This document shows positions 22,606 to 30,715 of a DNA stretch of 64,000 nucleotides, piece by piece; the first letter of the stretch is position 1; the number at the start of each line of letters is the position of its first letter. The stretch lies in the NCBI GenBank assembly GCA_963725665.1, contig CAVRZA010000006.1, positions 320,001 through 384,000 of the forward strand, in the 5' to 3' direction. A program made the translations under genes and the position numbers. The notes under the pieces were generated by a model. It did no database searches. It was not told the DNA's origin and was given only the letters and a program-made list of their open reading frames with translations. This DNA is from an uncultured Actinomycetes bacterium. Lineage in GTDB: Bacteria; Actinomycetota; Thermoleophilia; UBA2241.

Positions 22606-22628
22606 GTCAAACACCTCGTCAAACACCT
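22606..22628. repeat. Tandem 11-bp repeat, putative integrase arm-type sites
   Basis: GTCAAACACCT-C-GTCAAACACCT about 105 bp inside the distal att repeat. Confidence 0.55.
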
Positions 22629-23701
22629 AGACGCGCTACGCGCGGCCAGTCCGTCCCTCCGCAACGGGCAGCGGCGCTTCATCAGGGCAAGCGGCTATGC
22701 CCCGTCGAGTCCCTTAGGGGCGGCGGGAGGCTCGGCCGGGCGGCCTTGCTCGTCAGCGGGAGGTCGTCAGACGACTGGACGCTCACCTGTGTTGTCGCGG
22801 CGGGGCGTCTATGCAGTTGGAGGCGGCGTCGTCGTGACTGGCAGTCACCTGCGATTCTGCGCCCTTAGGACCAGCAGGCCTATGCCAAGCATGACCACGA
22901 GGGCGACCAGAATGATGAGGGGTCCTATGATTCCGCCTCCTATGTCCGTCGTCTTGGTCAGCTTAGCAGACGGTGGGTCATGACCGGATTGGCCCCCTAC
23001 CCGCCCGCGCCCTGGCCCCTGCGCTCACCCGTGCCGTCGTGGCGGTCGCCTGCTGGAGCCGGAGGCGGGCCGATGGTGGTGGCTATCTTCGCCGCTTCCT
23101 ATCGAGCGCGACCACGGCAGCGATGCCGGTACACAGGAGAGCCGAGAAACCAGTCGAGCCAGCCGGAGAAGACCACAGACGCCCACAGGGACAGCGCCAC
23201 GCACGGGTCCCCCTAGAGCTGCCGCCGGAGCCACGCGGGGTCAGTCTCTTTCCTGAGTAGCGACCTCGGCCCACTTGGCGTCGGAGATGACGCCCGAGGT
23301 GTCGAGTTCGCGTCGGTCCAGTTCACGCTGTTCGTCCATGTCACCTCCCTCGCGCGATGAAGCCGAGCGCGCCGCCCGCAGCGAAGGCGAGGACGCCGAA
23401 GAACGGGAGGGCGAAGATGGTCATGAGGCTATTCCACTGGGTCGTCGTTCGATGGTCATGGGGCTATTCCTCTAGGTCGCGGTTGGCATCGTCGGGCGGC
23501 GGCACGATGGGGAGCTGGATGCGGAGCCTCACGCCCACCGGGGCTACGGGACAGCGGCACCGAGGCAATCGGCGTCGGCCTGAAGATGAAGAGCTACGAG
23601 GGTTGGCCGAAGACAGCGCCGGACGAGTGGTGTCTTGAGTTCGTCGAGCAGGCGACCTGACAAAGGTAGGAGGGCGGCTGTCTATCCGCGGAGTAAGAAA
23701 G

Positions 23702-23774
23702 TGGCGGGGAGTGCGGGAGTTACACCCGCCTACATGGATTTAGAGTCCATGCTGATCTTTCCGATCGACCCCCC
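23702..23774 (-). tRNA. pylT: tRNA-Pyl (anticodon CUA)
   Basis: GGGGGGT C GATC GGAAA GATC AG CATGGA CTCTAAA TCCATG TAG GCGGG TGTAACT CCCGC ACTCCCC G CCA: one nt between acceptor and D stems, 5-nt D loop, 6-bp anticodon stem, 3-nt variable loop, no TTC in the T loop, G73; adjacent to pylD. Confidence 0.96.
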
Positions 23775-23784
23775 GCGGTGCTCC

Positions 23785-23790
23785 ATTGTA
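23785..23790 (-). promoter_or_regulatory. -10-like box (TACAAT) upstream of pylT
   Basis: TACAAT 10 nt before tRNA G1; no clear -35. Confidence 0.4.
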
Positions 23791-23828
23791 CGCCTCAAAG
23801 CAGTGACGGCCGCCATGGCGCCCCTCTG

Positions 23829-24638
23829 CTACCGCAACCCCTCGAGTGCCATGGTCACAACGCCCAGGGCGAGCGGCTCGTGTATGTGGCGCTCGCCGAG
23901 AGCGGCGGCCGTTTCCAGACCCGCCGCCGGCGGGATCCCGGGGGCCGATACGATGCTGTCCGGAGTCACCCACTCTGCGGGGATGAGGTCGCCCACGGGG
24001 GCGGCGTCGAGGACCAGGTGACTGCGGGCGAGACCCTCGGCGAGTTCTACGGGTTGCAGACCGAGCTCCCGCGACACTCGCGCGAGCCGCGCGCGGTCGG
24101 GGTCGGCGGCGAGGGCGGTGGCGCCAAGCGCCACCGCCCTCGCCGCCGCGGTGCTGCCGACCGGACCGAGGCCGAGAATCAGAACCTCCTTGCCTCGCAG
24201 GCCCCCCGCTGCGGCGTCGAGCGCGGCGAGGAAGGCGCGCCCCGTCGCCTCACCGTTGTCGGAGCACACGCCGGTCGTGATATTGAGTGCGATGAAGCGC
24301 TCCTCGTCGGCCGCGAACACAAGCCGGGCGCCAGCCTCGGCGGCCTCGGCGAGGCCGGAAATGTCCGGATGCGCGGTCACCCAGGCATCGCAGCCCACGT
24401 GTCGGCAGATGCTGGCCACCGACTCAGAGAACCCTGAGATGAAGCCCTGGCCAGCGGAGATCGGCAGAGCGACCACCGGGGCATCCCTGAGGCGTTCGTC
24501 GGCCTCGTCCGACCGCAGATCCAGCGCGTGCGCGGCGATGGCCGCCAGACCGAGCCCGGTGGCACGCGCGAGCCGCTCATCGAGCCCAGCGACGCCGTCG
24601 GGCAGCCAGCGCACGTCGTCCTCCGTCAACCTCGTCAT
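23829..24638 (-). CDS. pylD: 3-methylornithyl-N6-L-lysine dehydrogenase PylD
   Basis: MTRLT, PISAGQGFISGF, DISGLAEA, ADEERF, DNGEATG, GLGPVG, PGIP, HEPLALGV; follows pylB and pylC. Confidence 0.93.
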   Translation of the reverse strand: MTRLTEDDVRWLPDGVAGLDERLARATGLGLAAIAAHALDLRSDEADERLRDAPVVALPISAGQGFISGFSESVASICRHVGCDAWVTAHPDISGLAEAAEAGARLVFAADEERFIALNITTGVCSDNGEATGRAFLAALDAAAGGLRGKEVLILGLGPVGSTAAARAVALGATALAADPDRARLARVSRELGLQPVELAEGLARSHLVLDAAPVGDLIPAEWVTPDSIVSAPGIPPAAGLETAAALGERHIHEPLALGVVTMALEGLR

Positions 24639-24696
24639 CCGACGCCCCCCGCTCCTTTCGCGGTCCCTGCTCGAGCCGTGGACGATCCCCTGCGGG

Positions 24697-25914
24697 TCAT
24701 GGCTGTCCACCGCTCGCCACAGTCGCTGACCGAACCCCATGGGGGTTGACCTCAGGAAGCAGCCGCAACCCGCACTCCTCCGCGATGCGCGCCTCGACGT
24801 CGTGGGTGCGGCGGCGCGCCTCTGCGACATCGCCGCCGCGCACGATCAGGGTCGCCACCCACTCCCGCTCGCCCCCGTCGAAGTCCGTCATCGCCTCGTC
24901 GGCGCCGAAGAAGCCTTTGACAAGCTGCAAAGGCGGCGCGGAACCCATGACGTGCTCCCCCACCACCTGCAGCGCGTCTTCGCGGGCGCGCACGTGCTCG
25001 TAGACGACCCCGCGCAGTACGCGCCGGTTCGGTTCCGGTACGGCGCCGGTCGCGAAGGCCGCGACCAGCAGTTCGAGGAGATTGACGTCGTAAGCGTGCA
25101 GCACCGCGGCCGGCGTCTGGCTGGGAAGCCGGGCGTCGATCTCGATGACCTTCGCCTCACGTCCGGCGATCATCACCTCGACGTCCATGATGCCGCTCAG
25201 CCGCAGCTTCGCCGCAAGCCGTTCGCCGCTGTCGGCGAGCGACGCCAGCGCCTCCTCGACGACGTCCGCGTAGAACGCGTCCCCGGCAACCGGAGCCGTG
25301 ACACGCTTGCAGTCGAAGGCGTCGTCGAACTCGAGACCCGTGACCAGACACGGCACCGACCTGCCCTCGAGCGCCAGCACCTCGATGGAGAGCGAGGGGC
25401 CGGCCACGAACTCCTCGACGACGACCTCGTGGCCGGCCCGCTCGAGGTCGAGCCGGGCCTCCTCGAGCTCGCGCTCACTTGCCGCCACGCGCACTCCCTC
25501 GCTGCCGCTGGCGGCGCTCGGCTTGACCACCGCCGGCAGGCCGCACACCGGCCAGGGCAAAGGGGCCGGCACACCTAGCTCGCGCATGAGGTCGTTGGAG
25601 GCCGCCTTCGACGAGGTCACGCGATACGCCGACAGATCGAAAAGCAGCGGTACGCCGAGGTCTGGAGCGAGCCGCGCCAGCCTCTCGAGCGCCGCGTCGT
25701 CCTCACAGGCCGGCAAGACGGCGTCGCAGGAAGCCAGGAGCTCACGCGCCAGCGCCTCGTCACGCGTGACGTCGAGGAGGTGGCTCTCGGTGGCGAGGCC
25801 GGTGGCGGGACGTCCCTCGCGACGGTCGATCAGGACGGTCTCAAAGCCGGCCTTCAGGCCGAGGTAGCAGGCCTCCGTGCCCTGAAGCTTGCCACCGACT
25901 ACTCCGAGACGCAT
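24697..25914 (-). CDS. pylC: 3-methylornithine--L-lysine ligase PylC (ATP-grasp)
   Basis: VGGKLQGTEACYL, TSSK, VKPS..SGSEG, SIEV, DCKRV, EIDARLPSQTP, GEHVM. Confidence 0.93.
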   Translation of the reverse strand: MRLGVVGGKLQGTEACYLGLKAGFETVLIDRREGRPATGLATESHLLDVTRDEALARELLASCDAVLPACEDDAALERLARLAPDLGVPLLFDLSAYRVTSSKAASNDLMRELGVPAPLPWPVCGLPAVVKPSAASGSEGVRVAASERELEEARLDLERAGHEVVVEEFVAGPSLSIEVLALEGRSVPCLVTGLEFDDAFDCKRVTAPVAGDAFYADVVEEALASLADSGERLAAKLRLSGIMDVEVMIAGREAKVIEIDARLPSQTPAAVLHAYDVNLLELLVAAFATGAVPEPNRRVLRGVVYEHVRAREDALQVVGEHVMGSAPPLQLVKGFFGADEAMTDFDGGEREWVATLIVRGGDVAEARRRTHDVEARIAEECGLRLLPEVNPHGVRSATVASGGQP

Positions 25915-25936
25915 GGACCTGCCTTTCGCGGCCGCC

Positions 25937-27028
25937 TCAGACCGCGATCGAGGCCATCTGGCGCGCTTTGGTGGCGTCCACCCACTCGCCGTACTCGGCG
26001 GCGTCGGCGGCCTCGAGCCCTAGAGCCGGCAGGTGCTCGGTGACGCCGGCGACGCTACGCAGACCGGCGTCGATGTCGAGCTCCGACTGCGAGACGCCGC
26101 ACAGGCCCGACGAGGGCGGCACGAGCGAGGTGACGACGCTGGCGCCGGCCTCGAGGCGCGCCTCGAGGCCGGCGATGCCCTCGACGTCGAGCGAGGCCGG
26201 GATAAGGCGTTCGGGCATCACGAGGCGCATGCATGCGATCACGAGCTGCTCCTCGAGCACACCGACGCTCGTGAGCCCCGCGAGCGGCGTGCCCGGCTGG
26301 GGCACGAAGCTCATGACCCGCACCTGGGCGAGCGGCTGGCGGCGCATCTCGAGGATCGAGTTGGCGCGGTCGGCGAAGGTCTCACCGACGCCGATGAGGA
26401 TGCCGTCTTCGACGAGGAGGCCCGAGCGCGCCGCCGCGCTGCGCGCGGCGGCGCGCTCGTCGTAATCCTGCCGTAGCCGAAGGCGCGCGTAGAGGTCGCG
26501 CGTGTGCGTCTCCTGGTAGCATGCGTACCAATCGGCGCCGACGGCCGCCAGCTGGGCGAGGACGTCGTCGGGGACGACGCCCGGAGAGACCATGACCGGC
26601 AGGCCGACCTCGCGCCTCACCGTCGCCACGAGGTCGACGAGAGCGCTGAAATCGCGCGCATCGTGGATCAGGGGATCCTCGCCCATGGTGAGGTCGAGGA
26701 GGTGCACACCCGAGTCCGCCAGATCGCGGCATACGGCGACCACCTCAGCGACCGACTTGCGGTAGCGCGGGCTCTCGGTGTTGTCGCGGCGGTAGAAGCA
26801 GAACGTGCACCAGTTGCGGCAGTACGTCGAGAAGTAGACGAAGCCGTAGAGGAAGACGCGGTGGCCGAAGTTCTCCTCACGCGCCGCGCGCGCGGCCGAG
26901 AACACCGCCTCGGCATCCTCACGCGAATCGATGCCCAGCAGACGCTCGAGCTCGCGAGGTGCGAGATCCTGGCCGCAACGAGCGCGCTCGAGGATGTGAA
27001 CGATCTCGGGGGAGGCCGACCGGGTCAT
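25937..27028 (-). CDS. pylB: 3-methylornithine synthase PylB (radical SAM)
   Basis: YGFVYFSTYCRNWCTFC (CxxxCxxC), DLTMGEDP, MVSPG, YQET, IPASLDVEG, TSLVPP..L.GV. Confidence 0.95.
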   Translation of the reverse strand: MTRSASPEIVHILERARCGQDLAPRELERLLGIDSREDAEAVFSAARAAREENFGHRVFLYGFVYFSTYCRNWCTFCFYRRDNTESPRYRKSVAEVVAVCRDLADSGVHLLDLTMGEDPLIHDARDFSALVDLVATVRREVGLPVMVSPGVVPDDVLAQLAAVGADWYACYQETHTRDLYARLRLRQDYDERAAARSAAARSGLLVEDGILIGVGETFADRANSILEMRRQPLAQVRVMSFVPQPGTPLAGLTSVGVLEEQLVIACMRLVMPERLIPASLDVEGIAGLEARLEAGASVVTSLVPPSSGLCGVSQSELDIDAGLRSVAGVTEHLPALGLEAADAAEYGEWVDATKARQMASIAV

Positions 27029-27040
27029 CGTCCGGCCACT

Positions 27041-27697
27041 TTACCTGAACTCGAGCACGTCGTCGATGGGCAGACGCTTGCTGCGGCGGAGCGGACCGGC
27101 GGGACGCCCGAGCGGCACTAGAGCCACGATCTGGGCGGGCGGCTCGACGCCGAGGAGCTGCTCGAGCTCCGGCGCGGCGATGACGGGCGCCGTCATCCAG
27201 CAGGTGCCGTAGCCCATCGTGTGCGCGGCCGTGCAGAGGAGCTGCACGGCCGCGCCGATGCTCTGCAGGTCCGGCCGCGCGCGCAGCCGGTCGCGCTCCT
27301 CAGCCGTGTAGCCGGCCTTCAGCAGCAGCTCATCGCCGCGGGAGATGTACGGCAGGCCGAGCACGACGACGGTCATCGGCGCCTCGGCGAAGAACGTGGA
27401 GTAGCCCCTCATGCCGTGCGTCTTGGCAGCCTCGCCGCGGAGCGAGGGCCAGGCGGCGATCTCGTCGAGCTTGGCGGCCACGGTCTCACCCATGCGGTGC
27501 AGGAGGTCGCGGTCGTCGACGGCGATGAAACGCCACACCTGCTTGTTGCCGGCGTTGGCCGCTCGCGTAGCGAGCGATATCATCCGGCGCACGTCCTCAC
27601 GAGGAACCGGATCGCTCGTGAAGCGACGCACGCTGCGCCGACCCTCGACCGCGTCCGCGAAGGTCATGGCGTCGGATGTCTTTGCGCGTCGGAGCAT
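27041..27697 (-). CDS. Nitroreductase family flavoprotein
   Basis: RRSVRRF, AANAGNKQVWRF, SIGAAVQLL..AHTMGYGTCW, LVPLG; ends 12 nt upstream of pylB. Confidence 0.88.
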   Translation of the reverse strand: MLRRAKTSDAMTFADAVEGRRSVRRFTSDPVPREDVRRMISLATRAANAGNKQVWRFIAVDDRDLLHRMGETVAAKLDEIAAWPSLRGEAAKTHGMRGYSTFFAEAPMTVVVLGLPYISRGDELLLKAGYTAEERDRLRARPDLQSIGAAVQLLCTAAHTMGYGTCWMTAPVIAAPELEQLLGVEPPAQIVALVPLGRPAGPLRRSKRLPIDDVLEFR

Positions 27698-27720
27698 GGC
27701 GAGGTGTGCCCTCCCGATGG

Positions 27721-27729
27721 ATGGTAGCA
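27721..27729 (-). promoter_or_regulatory. Extended -10 promoter (TG-C-TACCAT) of the nitroreductase-pylBCD-pylT unit
   Basis: TGCTACCAT just upstream of a GGGAGGG RBS and downstream of a strong hairpin. Confidence 0.5.
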
Positions 27730-27783
27730 GAGTCGGGCGTCGGCCTGCGCGCCGCTAGCGCGGTCCGTCACGTACCGCAACCT

Positions 27784-27829
27784 GCGGGGGGCGGGTGGGC
27801 GCCGCTCACGGCGCCCACCCGCCCCCCGC
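27784..27829 (-). terminator. Perfect 21-bp GC hairpin after the AOR operon
   Basis: GCGGGGGGCGGGTGGGCGCCG-CTCA-CGGCGCCCACCCGCCCCCCGC. Confidence 0.65.
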
Positions 27830-27865
27830 CCCCCGGCAGCGCCACTGAGGGTCACGTGCCGCCGA

Positions 27866-28132
27866 TCAGCCTCCGGAGATCGGCGGCACGATGTTCAGCT
27901 TGTCGCCGTCGTTCAGCGGCGTGTCGAGCCCCTGCAGGGCGCGGATGTTCTTGCCGTTGAGGAAGACGCCGACCCACATCTTGTCGTCCTTGAAGATGCG
28001 CGGGCCGAGCCGGGGCTCACGGCGGATGAGGTCATCGAGGGCCTCGCGCACCGTCGCGCCCTCGCACTCCAGTTCCTTCTGCCCCTCGGGATAGGTGAGC
28101 CCGATGGGCAGCTTGAGCAGCGCCTTCGCCAT
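27866..28132 (-). CDS. MoaD/ThiS family sulfur carrier
   Basis: 88 aa, C-terminal PPISGG. Confidence 0.9.
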   Translation of the reverse strand: MAKALLKLPIGLTYPEGQKELECEGATVREALDDLIRREPRLGPRIFKDDKMWVGVFLNGKNIRALQGLDTPLNDGDKLNIVPPISGG

Positions 28133-28133
28133 G

Positions 28134-28586
28134 TCAGACGGTCACCGCCTCGTCGGCCTTGTCGGCCTTCTGCGTGACGGCCAGCACGTGCGGGTTCTGG
28201 CAGAAGGCGACGCACTGCGGATCGCCGTCGCAGAGGTCGCACTTGAAGGCCTTGTTGCTCTGCGGGTGGATATGCATGACGTCCCAGGGACAGACGGGCA
28301 CGCACTGCGGCCCCTCGGCGATGTCGGCGCAGGCGTTGCACTTGGCCTCGTCGACGTAGAGCACGCCGCCCCTGGTGAAGATGGCCTCGTGCGGGCAGAC
28401 GTCCTGGCACTTATGGCAGGCCGTCTGCACGCAGGTCTGGCCCTTGATCACGCCCGTCGTCGGATTGACGATCACGTTGAGGCGGGCCAGCGACGGCTGA
28501 TAGACACCCTCGTGCCAGGCCGAGCAGGCGAGCTCGCACATGTGGCAGCCGGTGCACTTCTTCTTCGAGATCAACACATGCGGCAT
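28134..28586 (-). CDS. 4Fe-4S dicluster ferredoxin-like protein (AOR electron-transfer subunit)
   Basis: CTGCHMCELAC, CVQTACHKCQDVCP, CNAC..CVPVCP, KCDLCDGDPQCVAFC. Confidence 0.9.
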   Translation of the reverse strand: MPHVLISKKKCTGCHMCELACSAWHEGVYQPSLARLNVIVNPTTGVIKGQTCVQTACHKCQDVCPHEAIFTRGGVLYVDEAKCNACADIAEGPQCVPVCPWDVMHIHPQSNKAFKCDLCDGDPQCVAFCQNPHVLAVTQKADKADEAVTV

Positions 28587-28614
28587 GGTTCTCCCTTTCC
28601 CTCGCGAGCCGGGC

Positions 28615-30408
28615 CTAGAGGCGGACGTCGACGCCGAGCGCGGCCAGCTTGGCCTCGCTCGGCACGCCCTTCTCGTCCCACCCGCGCAGGCTGTAGTACT
28701 CCTGCAGGGCCTCACTGAAGCCGGCGCTGGTCTGGGCCTTGCCGGCTGACGGGCCGTCGGCGAACGGCTGGTCAAGCAGCTTCGCCGGCACCGTGTCGGC
28801 CTCGACGCCCTCGCGCAGGTTGAAGAGGCGGCCGAGGTTCCAGATGCGCTCGCCGATCTTCAGGAGCTCCTCCTCCTTGAACTCGCGCGGCCAAACATGC
28901 TTGAGGACCTGCCCCGCCTGATCCGGGTTGATGGCCCAGAAGTCGCACCAGATCCCGCTGAACTTGACCGAGCTGAAGTTCTGGCCGATGTAGCCGTCGT
29001 CGACGTGGCCGTTGATGCACATCTCGGGCTTCTTCTCCAGCGAATCGGGCGGCAGGTTGCCGCTCAGCACCTCGTCGGCGATGGGGTAGGTGCGCATGTG
29101 ACAGCCGCCGCGATCGGAGGTCGCGTACGACAGGCTCATACCGAAGGCGCCACGCGGGTCGTAGCCGGGCAGCTCGAGGTTCTTGGCCTCCATGGCCAGC
29201 TCGGGGTGTCCGTACTTCGTCGCGAGACCGCGGGCGCCGAGCGCCAGCTCGGCGCCGATACCCGTGCGCGTGGCGATCTGCTCCGGCGCCTTGACGTAGC
29301 TCTCGATCTCGCCGAAGCGCAGACCGAAGTCTTTGACGCCGCGCTCCGTAAGGTCCATCGCCAGAGCGACGACGTCGCCGCACGACATGGTGTCGAGCGC
29401 GTACTCGTCGCACTCGGCGTTGAACTTCATGAGTGCGGCGATATCGCCCACGCCGCAGTTCGCGCCGCAGAGGGCGATCGTCTCGTACTCCGGGCCCTCG
29501 CCCTTTACGTCATCGACCTCGTGCCACTGGCGACAGGCGATAGCGCACTGGTAGCAGGCCCTGTTCCTGGTCTTGATCTTCTGGAAGGCGTCCGAGTTGA
29601 TGTTCTCCATCTCCTCGAACGAGCCCGCCGTCCAGTTACGGGTGGGGATGCAGCCGGCATCGCTCATGAGCTGGGAGAGGACGGGCGTGCCCTCCTCGTT
29701 GGCCCATAGGTTGTCGTCGGTCAGCACGTACTCGGCGTGCATGCGACGCATGTCGGCGAGGAAGGCCTTGGCGTCTCCCACCGAGACGGTGCCCGTGCCG
29801 CGGACGGCGATGGCTTTGAGGTTCTTGCTCCCCATGAGCCAGCCGTGACCGCCGCGTCCCGCTTTGTGGTACTGGTCGGTGGAGACGCAGGCCCACGGCA
29901 CGCCGTTCTCGCCGGCAGGCCCGATCGAGGCGACCTTGGCGCCGGCGTCGAAGTCGGCACGCAGCGCAGCCTCGATCTCGGAGGTCTTCATGCCCCAGTA
30001 CTTGGCGGCCGGCCTGAGCTCCACCACGTCGTCCTTGATGCAGACGACCGTCGGCTCGGGTGCGCGACCGATGACGACGATCATGTCGTAGCCGGCGAAC
30101 TTCATCTCGGGCGCGAAGGAGCCGCCCACGTAGCTGTCGTTCAGCATCCCGGTCACGGGGCTCTTGGCACCGATGACCAGGCGCGAGGCCGTGCTGACGT
30201 TGGTCCCCGCTAGCGGGCCGGTCACGAAGAGCATCGGGTTCTCCGGCGCCAGCGGGTCGATGCCGGGCTTGACCTCGTCCCACAGGTAGCGGATAAGGAG
30301 CCCCTTGCCGCCGATGTAGCGCTCCGCCCACTCCATGTTGAGCGGCTCGACCTTGGAGGTACCCGCGCTCAGATCGATCCTGAGCACGTTGCCGGTGTAG
30401 AAATCCAA
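28615..30408 (-). CDS. Tungsten-dependent aldehyde:ferredoxin oxidoreductase family protein
   Basis: KSPVTG, SIGPAGEN, GRGG.G..MGSKNLK, CYQCAIAC, PEYET, DRGGCH, YYSLRGWD; TTG start. Confidence 0.92.
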   Translation of the reverse strand: MDFYTGNVLRIDLSAGTSKVEPLNMEWAERYIGGKGLLIRYLWDEVKPGIDPLAPENPMLFVTGPLAGTNVSTASRLVIGAKSPVTGMLNDSYVGGSFAPEMKFAGYDMIVVIGRAPEPTVVCIKDDVVELRPAAKYWGMKTSEIEAALRADFDAGAKVASIGPAGENGVPWACVSTDQYHKAGRGGHGWLMGSKNLKAIAVRGTGTVSVGDAKAFLADMRRMHAEYVLTDDNLWANEEGTPVLSQLMSDAGCIPTRNWTAGSFEEMENINSDAFQKIKTRNRACYQCAIACRQWHEVDDVKGEGPEYETIALCGANCGVGDIAALMKFNAECDEYALDTMSCGDVVALAMDLTERGVKDFGLRFGEIESYVKAPEQIATRTGIGAELALGARGLATKYGHPELAMEAKNLELPGYDPRGAFGMSLSYATSDRGGCHMRTYPIADEVLSGNLPPDSLEKKPEMCINGHVDDGYIGQNFSSVKFSGIWCDFWAINPDQAGQVLKHVWPREFKEEELLKIGERIWNLGRLFNLREGVEADTVPAKLLDQPFADGPSAGKAQTSAGFSEALQEYYSLRGWDEKGVPSEAKLAALGVDVRL

Positions 30409-30636
30409 GATGCCCTCCTCGTCCTTCGCCCTGGCTCCGTTCGCCCCACGTCGTCGTCGAGACGGTGTGGGAGCGCTGGTTGGTAGGTGTCGCCATTCTA
30501 GCTAAGTGGCCGGTGAGCAGGCAACACGACGGAAATAGGAGCTACGCAGGATGTTCTGCGCCCGCGACGGCGGTGGCCCGCCCGCCCCTCCGCTGGTCGC
30601 GGAGGGCTCGCCAGGCGCGGCGATGCCGGGCCTCGC

Positions 30637-30683
30637 GGGCGCGGGGCGGGGCGGGCCTGTCGGGCTCGCCCCGCCCCGCGCCC
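30637..30683 (-). terminator. 17-bp GC hairpin downstream of the binding-protein gene
   Basis: GGGCGCGGGGCGGGGCG ... CGCCCCGCCCCGCGCCC. Confidence 0.55.
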
Positions 30684-30715
30684 TCACGACCGCCGTGACG
30701 GCAGCGGCGATGGCG

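Larger units (their letters stand above)
22469..23733. mobile_element. Decayed integrative element inserted in tRNA-Pyl
   Basis: Flanked by the 33-bp direct repeat; tandem GTCAAACACCT at 22606 and 22618; contains only broken small membrane-protein fragments and no integrase. Confidence 0.75.

Noticed and set aside
30410-30500. Moco/Wco riboswitch upstream of AOR
   Set aside because: No match to the conserved motif features that I can see; an Rfam scan would settle it.
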